From Octopus vulgaris (Eukaryota): a DNA stretch of 64,000 bases. Below, in pieces: positions 1 through 13,362 of this stretch (the first letter of the stretch is position 1; the number at the start of each line of letters is the position of its first letter). Under the pieces are notes generated by a model that searched no databases, was not told the origin of the DNA, and worked only from the letters and a program-made list of their open reading frames with translations. The position numbers were made by a program, and so were the translations under genes. The stretch lies in assembly GCA_951406725.2 (NCBI GenBank), contig OX597818.1, positions 145,514,001-145,578,000 on the forward strand, in the 5' to 3' direction.

Positions 1-81
<81 letters not shown>
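1..81. repeat. (TAA)n microsatellite
   Basis: Pure ATA/TAA run from the window start; the tract resumes at ~303-317 after a LINE fragment. Confidence 0.98.
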
Positions 82-82
<1 letters not shown>

Positions 83-302
83 GATAAAAAATATTCAGAC
101 AAATACATAACAAAAACACCAGGACTTACAAACACATATAGCATACAGAAAATTGCACTACTAGGCACTGCACACATCCTACGCAGAACACTTTCCATAC
201 AATAACCATCAGAGCACCACAACAAATCACAGCACATACCCAAGGCACACAGAGCTGCGCTCGGTAGTGAAGTGAAAGCACGCTATAAAAATAAAACTAC
301 TG
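82..302 (+). mobile_element. 5'-truncated R4/Dong-type (RLE) non-LTR retrotransposon 3' end inserted in (TAA)n
   Basis: 89-205 translates KYSDKYITKTPGLTNTYSIQKIALLGTAHILRRTLSIQ*, the QK..LLGTAHILR C-terminus typical of R4/Dong ORFs. A short 3' UTR follows, and TAA repeats flank both sides (Dong is known to target TAA repeats). Confidence 0.8.
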
Positions 303-2062
303 AATAATAATAATAATGATAGATAAAAGCAAATAAAATTAAAACAAAGAATTATGAGCACCATTGCCGTCATAAGCACCACCCCCACACTGTCCGTCCC
401 CTTTATCATAGCCAGGGCACCTCTGCTACCGCCAATCTTACTACTATTGTCACTACCAATCACTGCTACCACTACAATTGCTATCCACTCGAAACTACAT
501 CAATACGTCTACCACCGCCATTACTATCACCACCAACACAACTTCCCCATGACTATTATCCAATCTAAGTACTACTAAAGCATCAACAAATCTTATTACT
601 CAGTGTTTCTTGCTCTGAGCGAGCAACACTACCTTCAGAGACAAAAAACGAAGTGAAGGGGCTTCTGGAATGGGAAACATAGGTCATATCATTCGCTTAG
701 CTTTTGCCGAGTTTACAAGGGTGAGAAACTGGTTGTTACTACGAGGCGTTTCTCTGTAGATGTATAGAGAAAAATTACAGCAAAGTTCTTATTGCCGGCT
801 ACTTGTGTCTGGCGGTAGGAGCGAGTGGTAGGAGCGGTTGCAGTCTCCTATTCAAATGGTCTTTTAGTAAGTATTAATTCAAACGCCTACTCATACACAA
901 AGTTCGAAGATTTTGATGGACAATTTATTTGGTATGAATTGCGTGGCCCTTTACGTCTTTTACATTCAAACACATATATAAAGGAAAGGTCAGAGAATGC
1001 CTTTAAGATATATTAATGTGAAGCGTGAGATGGCTAACGTCTTTAATATTTCTTAAATGGCAAGATCACAAAACGTTACAGTCTATTTCTCTCGGCAATC
1101 GACATTATCGATATTCTACATGGTTGCAAAGTGAGCTTCTTAACCACACAGCCATACACCTATAAATATTATCCAATGTTCCATCATTACGATGATAGTA
1201 TATGGTTACAGAGAGATTTGACTGTTGTTTCAATCAGGCCAAGCTAACACATAGAAGTTCTCTTATTGTTGTTGTTGTTAAGCAACAAGACGGGTAAGGG
1301 TGGTTAGGTGATGGTCTAGGGCTTAGGGACAGGAGGCCCCAGACCTTGGAAAAAAATACAAAACTTTGGTCGCCTTGCTGTAGTCGAGGGGTCTTCGTTG
1401 ACGCCCGACACCACTGGGAGGTGGCCCTCCAAGTCGCTGGAAATGGAGATCTCCGGGTCCAAATTCTTGAACGGCTCTCTTGAAGGCAGTAGTGGTTATA
1501 GTATTGTAGTACTCTTAGTGGTTGTGGCGGAGGTGGTGATGGTGAGGAGCATGATGTCGTTGGTGTTGGTGAGAGTAAGATTGCTGTTAAAGTAGAGATG
1601 GTGGTAGTGATGGTGGTTGTAGGATTCATGACTAATAGCAGTGACGTTGGTATTGGTGTCGGCGCTGATGACGCAGGTGGTGATGGTGTCGTTGTAGCAA
1701 TGTTCTGGTGGAATGTAATAGAACTGTTGTTGTTATTGGTATTGTTGAACGATAGAGAAGTTAGTGATGAATGGTGTTAGTAATTGTGGTGGTGGTAGTG
1801 GTGGGGAAAGCAATGGTAGTTGTAATTGTGGTATCTGTCGTAGTGATGGTGTTGGTGTTAATAGTAATGATGGAGGAGATTTTGAGTGAGGAGGTGGTAG
1901 TCGTATTGGTTGTGATGGTGGTGAGGAACACGATGGAATATATAAGATGCATATATATATATATATATACACATACACACACATATATATATATATATGT
2001 ATGCATGTATATATGTGTGTGTATGTGAGTGTATATACGTTTTCTGTATGAGTGTAAGTTTG

Positions 2063-2093
<31 letters not shown>

Positions 2094-2678
2094 AAGACAT
2101 TTGTTGGAAAACGGAGATTGCATTCAGGCTAATTGTTTGTCAGGCCTGTTGCGCGTGTCAATGCTATGGAGATTGTCGCCAAGGGAATCATGACGACAAA
2201 GTTGATGGCAAGAACAACAACAAACAATGATGATGATGATTGTTGTTGGGATGGTGGGGGTGGGGGTGATAGTGGTGGCGGATGGTAGTGATGGTGGTGG
2301 TGGGGGGAACAATGAAGAACGCGCTAGGGTTGTCATGAAGACAAGACGAAAAGCAACATTGATTTTGCTACTTTAATATATATTTGGATGTATATTTTGT
2401 ATTGAAATACAAAACGAGGAAAAAAAGGGACCGATATGGAGATAGAGAGAAAGAAAGGAAAGAAGGAAGGAAGGAAAAGATTAGTCAGAAAATATGGCAA
2501 GACAGACAGCAGGAATGGTGGTACGGTATAAGGATAATGAATGTAAAGGGGCAAGTTGTTGTCATATGAACGTGATGGATAAAGATTAAGATCAGAAGAT
2601 TGTTTACGTTGAAATGTGATTAGATTTTTCCTGGATAGTTTGGATACAGATGTTTAATACGTATACATACACGTACAC

Positions 2679-2730
<52 letters not shown>

Positions 2731-2769
2731 ACACGCAATAATAATGATAATAATTTCACAGTATGCAAT

Positions 2770-2896
2770 GTTTTACCAAACACAAAGCTTTGGTCGGCCT
2801 GAGGCTATAAAAGAAAACTTGCCCAAGGTGCAAGGACTGAACCTGGAATCATGTGGTTGGGAAGCAAGTTTCTTAACACACAGTCATGCCTGCGCG

Positions 2897-2897
<1 letters not shown>
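2770..2897 (-). mobile_element. tRNA-derived SINE family A, head fragment
   Basis: Reverse complement matches the head of the copies at 14646 and 24827-25237 (tRNA-like head, then CACCTTGGGCAAG CORE-like box). Confidence 0.8.
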
Positions 2898-2972
<75 letters not shown>

Positions 2973-2995
2973 TATAAGTATATATAAGTATATAT

Positions 2996-3248
2996 AACTG
3001 AGATTCAGTTGAATTAGGTTTTTAAGTTGAAGCACCAAGTCAGTCCGGTATTATCCGCACAGCTCGAAGTAAGATGAAATCAAAATAAGCAACGGGATAT
3101 CAAGTAGTGATACAGTACGACCGTTTCAAGCGGCTCCATTTCATTGAACAATGCAATCATAACATCACTTTAAATGAAATGCCATCATCAGCTGCGCAAA
3201 TAAATAAATAGAATTTTAACCAGTTGGACACATTAATGTAATTTTTCT
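2996..3248 (-). mobile_element. Penelope-like pseudo-LTR fragment adjoining (TA)n
   Basis: Homologous to 4637-4968; carries an HHR on the minus strand; no ORF. The Penelope assignment is inferred from the HHR and the inverted second copy. Confidence 0.6.
3112..3195 (-). ncRNA. Type I hammerhead ribozyme motif with enlarged stem II
   Basis: Minus strand: GCAG CTGATGA TGGC-ATTTCATT...AATGAAAT-GGA-GCCG CTT GAAAC GGTC GTA CTGT. Intact CUGAUGA/GAAA core, GUA cleavage triplet, stem I GCAG/CTGT. Confidence 0.65.
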
Positions 3249-3289
3249 CCAATACTTTAACGGACCAAGGAGATGGAAGAAATACACGT

Positions 3290-3700
3290 TGTCGCTATTA
3301 TATCTGAGAATAGACTACACTTCCAAGAATCGCATGAAGCCCATTGGGGTCATAGCTTGTAAAGGATTGTGATTCATTTCTAATTCATTTATCTCTTTGT
3401 CAACTACTAAATCTAACATTAGAGAACTGTGTCTGTTTAGAATAAAGGACAAGAGTGGGTTGACAGCTGATGGCTAGGTGTGGTCATAAATATAGTCATA
3501 TGTGTACCGTTTCCTCTGGAAGGAAAGAAGACATTAGGAGGAGCCAACTGGATATAGAGTAAATGTCTATAAAAGGTGGCTGGGTAAGGGAAGAGTCTAA
3601 ATAATGATGTTAATTACCAGTTAAATACTCCAAGAAACGTAGGATGTTAATATGGAGGAGATTTTACCTTGGGGCACAATGTGCGATTGTTTATAAACAA
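3290..3700 (+). pseudogene. Highly decayed RLE LINE RT remnant, Hero-like
   Basis: ~3442-3520 translates IKDKSGLTADG*VWS*I*SYVYRFLW, colinear with the Hero-type DKSGLPGKFKAW...PRILW motif as recalled. KRWLG follows at ~3570. Many stops. Confidence 0.45.
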
Positions 3701-3783
3701 TACTGATATGTTGTATGAAAATAAAATTTAAGATTTTCAAAAATGATATCATAACCAAAATAGGTAAAATGTCTGTATATATC

Positions 3784-3877
<94 letters not shown>

Positions 3878-4099
3878 CATACACATCGTTACCTCTTTCG
3901 ATGTAAATTTATGTAATAGATACAGCGTATTGAATGCTTATTAACCTAAAGTAGAGCTAACAGTAACATGGTAACGTAATCTAATACACTAATAAGACTA
4001 TAAACGCGAAATACATTAGGAAGTTTAAATATTAATGTGAAGTATTACATACATAATATACTTTGTGTGTGTTTGCGTGCGTGGGTGTGTATACATTCT

Positions 4100-4331
4100 T
4101 TTATTATTTTACTTGTTTAAGTTATTTCACTGTGGCTATGATACAGCAGCACCTTAAAGGGGTTTCTAGTCGAGGAAATCGACCCCAGCTCTTTGTAAGC
4201 CTAGTACCTATTGTATCAGTCTCTCTAGCCGAAACGGTGATGTCAAGGGGACAGAAACACACCAACATCGGTTGTCAAGCGATAGTAGGGGGCAAACACA
4301 GAAACAGACACACACAGACACACACACACAC

Positions 4332-4369
<38 letters not shown>

Positions 4370-4521
4370 GACAGGTTTCTTTCAGTTTCCGTCTACCAAA
4401 CCCACTCACAAGGCCTTGGTTGGCCCATGGCTATAGTAGTAGGTACTTTCCTAAGGTGCCATGCTGAACCTGGGACCATGTTGGAAAGCAAGCTTCTTAC
4501 CACACAACCAAGCCCGCGCCT
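4100..4521 (-). mobile_element. tRNA-derived SINE family A, near complete with internal (TA)/(CA) tract
   Basis: Head, internal microsatellite and 3' half ending ...AACAAGTAAAA, colinear with 24827-25237. Confidence 0.85.
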
Positions 4522-4538
4522 AAATATATGTATATATA

Positions 4539-4968
<430 letters not shown>

Positions 4969-5964
4969 TATTTCTATCTTCCTAATGTTCTTAAACCCCG
5001 ATTCAGTCGTGATGAAGCTTGCTTATATTCCAATCGGTTCCTACCATGACCAATCCATTTTTGTATATTTTCCATTTACTCTTGATGATGTGAATTGAGA
5101 GATCTAGCTGCTATATTTTAGCAAATTGAAGAACCACGCACAAGCTCTCTCATGTGTTACGTAGAATATTCATTTCGATACACACCCAAACGTCAAACGG
5201 CTCTTATAAAAATCTCTTCTACGCAATCCCCGCTCACCGAAGATTTGGGTTTTACAAAATACGGTGAATATGTCTCCGATTTCCAGTGAATAGGTCTCCT
5301 TCTTATTAAGGATAAATAGTCTGAAGAATTATGAACTTTTTCAGTCTGAGATGTTCGTGATACATCACTCGAAGAGAACGCTTTGTGACTCACTAAGTAA
5401 TTACTCATCATATACGTATATTTATGTATGCATATCGTTATTATTGTTCATCCGGGTACATGTATTATTGTTCATGTACTCGGATCATACTGTCCTATGA
5501 CAGATAAAAAGCAACCCAGTTATTACCATTATGTGTTATAGCCACACATAAGATCTTTTTATTAAGAAGATAGGGTGTGGCTTTAGGGACTATGGCTGCT
5601 ATTTCTTGCAGGTCGAACATTCTTGTAGAGCCCCAGTAGTTGATTTAATTACTGCATGTATACATAGATATGCGAAGTATGTGTTTGAGTGTATGTTTAC
5701 CTTTTGTATATATGTGTGTACGTGTGAATGTACGCACATGGTCCCTACAATAGCCTGTAACTTTGGTAAATTATTGAAGAAAGCCAGATTTGCTGGAAAA
5801 TTGTGAGATAGTTCACTGTTATGAATTTCCATCGAACCTATCAGTGCAATACAAATACGTAGATATAAAGACACAGTCTTTTTGACTTTGTTGGTGATAA
5901 AAGTGTCCAACTGAAATATATTTATCTACGCTCATTAAAAAAATTCGTGAAGGATGAGTTCTTT

Positions 5965-6180
5965 CAGTCAAGAAAGCAGAAATGTTTGAATTCGGGTTCT
6001 TGTTTTGGTTACTAAAATTAGAGACACGTGAAAACCGGAGTTCAAGTATATGCTTGTTCCTTGCCAATCACTAACAATTGGCAGAAGAAATCGTTCGCCA
6101 GTGTGTTCATTGCATAAATACATCAGTAGTAATCGCTGATAAATTAGTGATTTTGATGTAGTTGGCAGACGTTGCATGAT
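5965..6180 (-). pseudogene. Possible decayed hAT (Charlie-type) transposase C-terminus
   Basis: ORF 5968..6177 contains LLP...TSIYLNSGF...LVTKTRTRI, loosely like the hAT dimerisation motif TYLCESGFS...KTKxRxRL. Weak. Confidence 0.3.
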
Positions 6181-6409
6181 TCCATGTTAAAAATCTGTGA
6201 GTGTTTTGAACATGTAATCTTCACTTCATTTGACTTAAACATGTGAAATATAGAGTCAGTCAAATTGGTATAAGGAAATTTATGCTTCCTTGAAGTTGGA
6301 AGAAAATTAATTGACTAACCAAATCGTAACAGCGTTGCGGACTATATAATTTTTTTTACTACGTTCATACTGTGTAGAAGTTGGTTCAAACGATTTATTC
6401 ATCCTAGTA

Positions 6410-6558
6410 TTGGCGGAGTAGGTAAGTCGATTCATCTACCCCAATGCTCAACTGGCATTTATTTTATCGACTCCGAAGTATAAAAATCAAAGTCGACCGC
6501 GGCGGAATTTGAACCTAGAGCGTAAAGGCATGCTAATGATTCTCCCAGCTCGCCCCCT
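6410..6558 (-). mobile_element. SINE family B fragment
   Basis: Reverse complement GGCGAGCTGG...GGTTCAAATTCCGCCGCGGTCGACTTT...GTCGATAAAAT matches 52230-52440. Confidence 0.75.
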
Positions 6559-7429
6559 TCATTCGGTCTAGTATATCAACGTAATACATTTTATCAACCC
6601 TATGGGGGGAAAACAGTTTCGGAATATGGAGTTCGGATTCTGACGTGATATTTACACTGTAGCTCTACTATCACTGCTGACTCACCGAACTTAAAATTTC
6701 TAAAATATTGATTCCTTTCTAAGACACAAGGTTAATTGTTGATTGATCGACTGCTACCAACAGCATTGACCTCAATATATTATTGATATTTATTTAATTG
6801 ATTTCTCAACTAGAAGGCTACTAATTGTGGGATATGCGGGGGGTATCGATTTAATCCCCCGCCTCTCTTAGAGTATGCAGAAGATATCTCACTGCAAGGA
6901 TTTTAGTATGACACTGTACCACGTCTAATAACGTCACCATACATATTACTGTTTTATCGATACCATTGATATATCTAAATCTGTTGCTGAAATGTATAAC
7001 ATCAGCCGTGATCGCAGCTAAAATTGATTGGAACTTTAAAAAATGAAAAAAAAAACCAAAATAATAATAAATAAAAATAGAAAACGCTTATCTCTTCTTT
7101 TCATTCCAAAATGTTTCAAACAGCTGAAAGTTGTTGACCTGATTTGATTTAACTCAAGTAGCGTTTAAAGAAAGTCATTCTTTACGTTTATCAATATCCT
7201 CACAGTTAAACAAAGATTAAGACTACTTTAACAAAACAAAACGTAGCAGTCAGATAATATACCCAAATTATATGTTGGATGTTATTCAAAAATCAAGACA
7301 AACAGCTCAGTTTTTCTGAAGATGTCAACAAGTGCGATAGTATTTACATCTGTAAAGTATATATACTCATTTCAGTTTCTTAAATTTATGTTACGTATTT
7401 GTGAACAATAGCGTCGTTGGTTATAGATT

Positions 7430-7780
7430 GCTAATCACTGATTGCTAATCACTTTTCTGGTGGTAAGAGTGCGAGGCGTGTTTTGTCGATTCGGCTTCCC
7501 AAGATTCCTATCAAGTCGGCTGAGATGCTTCATGTGACAGTCTCTGGAAATTTATTCCACATTGTGATAATCAAATACAGAGAGCTTCTGTTCAGAGTGA
7601 TATCTTGACACGAGAGGTCTCGCACGGCAATGATTGTACTAGTTCTTGTAAAACGGCGTCTTTCATACTACAGTGAGAATTTTACCACCAGTTTTGATGG
7701 GCAGTGGCCTGTGTACGTTTTGTAAAGAAATGTTGTTCCAGCAGCTAATGTTTGTTATCTGTCGATAGCGAGCGGCATTA
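7430..7780 (-). pseudogene. Decayed CR1/L2-group LINE ORF2 3' end
   Basis: Minus strand gives FLYKTYTGHCPSKL and later MWNKFPE (WNxLP motif), with a repeated GATTAGCAATC tail. Confidence 0.5.
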
Positions 7781-7917
7781 TTGCTATTCCAATATTATCT
7801 GACTATTATTATTTCAAGCCCCAGGAAGACATCTCCTCCAGCTGGCTGACGACACACTGTGTCTGATTAGTATTTGCGAGGGGACGTCATTGCTTCCTTC
7901 TCCAGGCTCACGTGATA

Positions 7918-7962
7918 CACACTGACCCGGGTTTCTGAGTAGTAACCCGTCATCAGTGTGTG
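7918..7962 (-). ncRNA. Minimal type I hammerhead ribozyme
   Basis: Minus strand: CACACA CTGATGA C-GGGT-TACT-ACTC-A GAAAC CCGG GTC AGTGTG. Intact core, GUC triplet, palindromic stem III ACCCGGGT. Confidence 0.75.
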
Positions 7963-8017
7963 ATAATCACTAGCTAGCGATGAGAACTCATTCTAAACGC
8001 AAAATACTATATGCTTT

Positions 8018-8288
8018 AGGCGTGTGCTTTAGTGGTTAGGCGTATTCGGCTCACGATCGAAAGGTCATGGGTTCGATTCCCGGACCACGTTGTGTCCTTG
8101 AGCAAGACACTTTATTTTATGTTGCTCCAGTCCACTAAGCTAGTAAAAATGAGTTGTATCTGTAATTCAAACGACCAATCTTGTCACATTCCTCGTTACG
8201 CTGAATCTCCTTGAGTACTACATAAAGGGAACGCGTGTCTGTGAAGTGCTCAACCACTTACACGTTAATTTCACAAGTAGACTGTTCC
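8018..8288 (+). mobile_element. tRNA-derived SINE family C (CORE-like box)
   Basis: A-box-like CTTAGTGG, B box GGTTCGATTCC, then TGTGTCCTTGAGCAAGACACTTTA. Confidence 0.8.
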
Positions 8289-8692
8289 AAAAGAAATGTG
8301 TGTGTGTGTGTGTGTGTGTATGTGCACGTATGTGTGTATGTATGTTTGTACTTAAACATATACATATATGCATATACGCACATATATAAATATGTATACA
8401 TATCTATGTAGTGAAAAAAACCTAGTTTTAGTTAAAAACTGAAATTAGAGAGTCGACAGCCATTTTTGGACATTCATTTAACATGCTGGGTAATATTCAA
8501 TTTTCGTCTGATGTTTAAGCGATGAACTAAAATATATAAACCTGTTTCTCTGAAAACATATAGGAACAGTAAAATGAATAAGTAAACGAACGAATAAATT
8601 AACTGTATCGTTTGAATTCTTAATATAAAATAAAAGAAAAAGGGAAAACATCTGTTATACTTAACATGCCGGAGCAGTATTGCTGACACATT

Positions 8693-8778
8693 CAGTTCTT
8701 GTACTTAAACGAAGAACTGAATGATCTAGGAATGATCTAGTTCTTGTACTTAAACGAAGAACTGAAAGATCTAGGAAA
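8693..8778. repeat. Short tandem duplication (~45 bp unit)
   Basis: AGTTCTTGTACTTAAACGAAGAACTGAA(T/A)GATCTAGGAA occurs twice. Confidence 0.85.
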
Positions 8779-10525
8779 CCTTCAGAAAAGCAGATATTTC
8801 TTAGAAACATCTATCGGTCGGTAATAAAGTTAATCGTATTTGGAATTATAATTAATTTCTCTGTTAGCTACAGCTAAATTAATTTGTCAATGGAAACAGT
8901 CCATTTTTATGATTTGATTTCGATTATTTATGAATTATCATAATGATTCATTAGCCCGATTAATTAAAGAAGAGGAAAGAAAGAGGACGAAAAAGGTGTA
9001 GTTAGCTATAACAAGATCTTAGTGGTATCCTAGTTGGTATCCTAGCTTAATGCCTAGAATGTCCTCTTTGTTTAATGCCAATATGATTGATATTAACAAA
9101 ATTTTAATGAATAGATTTTGTAAATAAATATATTTTTAGTTTATCTGCATAGAAATTTTGAGGTAACGCCTAACTTTAATTAACTAAGGGACTTGTTCAG
9201 TAACCGAAATACTGCCACTTGTTAGTAATTTTTAATATTATCATTAACCCCCTAAATTTCAGAATAATCTATGACATGTTTACTCGTCAAAGTTGTAAAC
9301 AACTCTATAGATTTCATACAAAAATTGATTACAAGCCCTTAAAATTTCTTTACAGCAACAATAACAGATGGTTTCAAATATGTCATTTATTCTCTAATTT
9401 ATTTATTCTTATATTTGTCGATTCCAATTTTTATTTATTTTAACATTCATTTAAGGGAAAAAAATACTAATTAGAAGAAAGAGAACTACGGCACAAATTA
9501 CATACCTAAGGGTTTCAGGTACTTCAATAAATCAGTTATAATTACCTTAATTTAATTCTGTTTTTCCTTCTCACATAATTATTGAGTATTTAAAGACAGA
9601 CTACTACTCAGTGAAAACCCCACTCCTGATTTCGCTAAAAGTACATTTTTTAGTATTTCCCCTCCTCTCTCTCTCTTTCTCTCTCATCTATCTCTCTCTC
9701 TTTCCCTCTCTTTCACACACCCCTTTCCCCTAAACCTCGAGGTTTTTTTTTTTTTTTACATTTCTGCGCTATTTTTGGTCATAAATTCACTTCAAAAGCT
9801 TTGTGAATGATAACAATCTCTCCCACCTATTCATCACACAATCCATGAAACGCACAATCGATCACTCGATCAATCAATTAATCAATATTTTAACTTCCAT
9901 AGCAAACACACTGCTGAACATGAGGTAAAAAAAACATCAGTGATCCGCTAATTTGAAATGGTTTCGATTCGTAATTTAATTAGCTTAGGACAGTCATGTA
10001 ACTACAGCCTTGTGCGTTTAGATAGACATGCAAGCGGAAAAAAACTCAACGTCTGTAGCAGGGTATTATTTATTTGTTCGAACTTGATGATTCATTCAGC
10101 TTCAACTCAGCGTATTTCTCTAAATGCGCTGCTTCAGACGGCAAAACGATTTTTAATATAAATTTTATAAGGTATTTAACAGCTTTAGTCTAGGACAGTA
10201 AAAGAAACCATCTACGTGACAGTACTCAGATCTCGTATACGTCTGGACAACAACTTTAACGATTGCATGAAAGAGACCTCGATATTCTCAAACGTTAACT
10301 GTTAGCGTATAACTCTTGATTAGTTATAGCGTTAAGATAACTTCGTTTCATTCGCTTCATGACTGGTGAGAGTGTTCTGTTGTGACTGCAAAACTTATAT
10401 AGATCTTAAATTGTCAGCAATAAGTGGCAGGGACTAATTTGCAAAATGGTCAAACGGGTGATGATAGATAGAGAAGAGCCTGTTCTTTTTTTAAGAGAAC
10501 GTGTATATGCCTCATATACTGGGTG

Positions 10526-10695
10526 GGCGCAGGCGTGAGTGTACTTTTGAGAAGCTTGTTTCAAAACCATATAGTCTTAAGTTCAGTCCCACTGCGCGGC
10601 ACCTTGGGTCTTGCACTATAATTCCGGGCCGACCAGAGCCATATGAGTGGATTTGGTAGACGGAAACAGAAATAAGTCCGGTGTATATATGCATG

Positions 10696-10779
<84 letters not shown>

Positions 10780-11025
10780 TGTGTGTGTGTATGTCTGTAT
10801 GTGTGTGTGTTTAGGTTTACGTTTATCCTACCTCACTGCTTGACAACGGACATTGGGTTGTTTACGTCCCTGTATCTTAGTGATTCGACAAAAGGATCAA
10901 AATTAGCGCCAGACTTTAAGATGTAATTACTGGGGGGTTGTTTGTTTTTTGTTTTTTTTATTCAATTAAACATTTCTCGGCTGTGTACCAGCATGGTCGC
11001 ATTCCAATGACTGAAACAATGAAAC
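10526..11025 (+). mobile_element. SINE family A copy with expanded internal (TG)n
   Basis: GTTCAGTCCCACTGCGCGGCACCTTGGG head, GGATTTGGTAGACGGAAAC, (TG)n, and 3' half to ATGACTGAAACAA. Confidence 0.8.
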
Positions 11026-11908
11026 AATACATACACACATACAAATGCGTGCGTTCAGACACACACACACACACACACACAAACACACACAAACACGCAC
11101 GCTCACACACACACACAAACACAACGCAAACACATACACAGAAACACACACTCAAAGCTAAGGATTCACAATTGACAATAAGACTTTCTCGCAATATATG
11201 TTTCTTGAGGCAACAAACATCATTTATACATTTATACGTTACCCTGACATGCGAAGCTAAGAGGAAGTTGGTATATCGACGTTTGCATTTCCACCCGACA
11301 TACGCAGCTTGTCCTGGCATGCAGAACCAAGATGAAGTCTTTATACGGATATGTGCTGCCCGGGACCGCATTTATAACTCGCGAAGCTTGAAAGTCAGGA
11401 ACCTCAAATAGCTAATCCGAAGTTCTTGAGTTCAAAGATATAGAACAAAATCTCTGGATATTGTTCCATAGATATAATACAGTATCATATCTACTCAACC
11501 TTGCAGTCATTGAATACAGTTAAAAAGAAGAAGACAAAGTCAGCCATAAAAAGAGAACAAGAGAGGGGGGGGGAGAGAAGAAGGAGAATAAATAAATAAA
11601 AATAGTAAAAAAATGGCAAGGAAGATACAGACTATGGTTCGGCACTCTATCGACTCACCTAAATCTCGGCTTACTGCGATTTTTATTTCAGCAGACAAGA
11701 ATTCTAATCTTGGTAGCATGTTTACGTAATAACTCCAGTGCCTTGAAAAATATATTATATTGATTGATATTACCGAAACAGGTATGTTCTGAGCAAGGAA
11801 CTTATTTCTCGAGAAAGCTATTCACAGGTGTATTTCTTGTTTACTTATTTTTCCTCCTGCAGGTAAATCAATAAACATTTCATAGGAGACAACAACAACA
11901 ACAACAAC

Positions 11909-11976
<68 letters not shown>

Positions 11977-12418
11977 TGATGATAATAAATTTTGAAGTAA
12001 ATCGAATAAAAACGGAATAAAAGAATTTCATTTGTTTGATAATTATTGATATTCAATTTATGAAACGAGGTGCTAGTCTTAATTCAAACCAATTGGAATG
12101 GAACAGAAATAGTGAATGGCTGTATATGTATATATGTTTAGTATGTATGTGTGAGTAAGTGAAAGAGTGTATATGTGTAAACGAGTTAGTTTGAGATGGT
12201 TACAGTGAAAGAGCATGTGTAAGTCAGTGTGCGTATGTTTATATAATCGGGTGAAAGAAAGATGGTGGAAGACAGAAGCTGTAAGGTGTAAGAAGGTGTG
12301 AATGAGTGAGTGAGAGAGAGAAAGAGAAAGAGAAAGAGAGAAAGAGCGAGAGAGAATTTATGTGTGTATGTATGCCTGAATGACTGAAAGAGAGCTAGTA
12401 ATGTGTGAGAGTGTATAC

Positions 12419-12472
<54 letters not shown>

Positions 12473-13121
12473 GTAAATACGTAAAAGAGAAAAAGAAAAG
12501 AAAAAGAATACGGAAGAAAGTGTTGTTGCTTAGATCTCAAGTATGACTTTATCAACATATTCCATTAATATCTATCCATTGTTTTCAGGCAATGGATCTA
12601 AGAGACCATTATCTAAATCATAACCTTCCTGCTTTAAAGATGAAGGGAGTTGTCTGAGAGGGAGTTATCTGCTATCTCTAGCAGGTCGGTGTACACTGTA
12701 TTTGAGGAAAATATGTGTACGTGTGGCATAAGTAGATAGATATGAGATATGATAGCCAGAAAGATATGGTGTATCTATGCGTGGAATTGTATGTATTATA
12801 TATCTGTCTGTCTGTCCGTCTGTCCATCTGTCTCTCTCTCTCTCTCTGTCTCTCTCTCTCTGTCTCTCTGTCTCTCCTCTGTCTGCCTCTCCCTCTTTCT
12901 CTCTCATATAATTGAAATTCCGTTGAAATCATTTTTATCAATTAGATCCTTATCGATGATGAAAAATGACAAAAAAACAAACTGTACCAGCAATATATTG
13001 GAAAATCAATTGTGCACATCATTTCCCTGTATATATATTGGCGACTCTCTACCAATATACCTGAAATAATCATCAGCAATTTTTTTTTTTGATCGGTAAA
13101 ACTCCATGATATGGAGAGCAA

Positions 13122-13123
13122 AT

Positions 13124-13177
<54 letters not shown>

Positions 13178-13181
13178 CACT

Positions 13182-13244
<63 letters not shown>

Positions 13245-13362
13245 ATTACTACTACTACTACTACTACTACTTCTACTACTGCTGCTGCTGCTGCTGCTAC
13301 TACTACTACAACCTGCTACCACTACCACCACCACCACCACTACCACTACCATCATCATCATA
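13122..13362. repeat. Compound trinucleotide array (CTA/CCA/CTG/ATC)
   Basis: Directly visible; source of the poly-S, poly-L and poly-Y ORFs. Confidence 0.95.

Noticed and set aside
5340-5380. Minus-strand GTGA-TGTA-TCAC hairpin with HHR-like flanks; also CTGATGA at 62920
   Set aside because: Both conserved boxes are incomplete, or the stems do not pair.
11150-11450. Unique-looking segment within ORFs 10938..11411 and 10958..11371
   Set aside because: No recognisable protein in any frame; the ORF length comes from the adjacent (CA)n.
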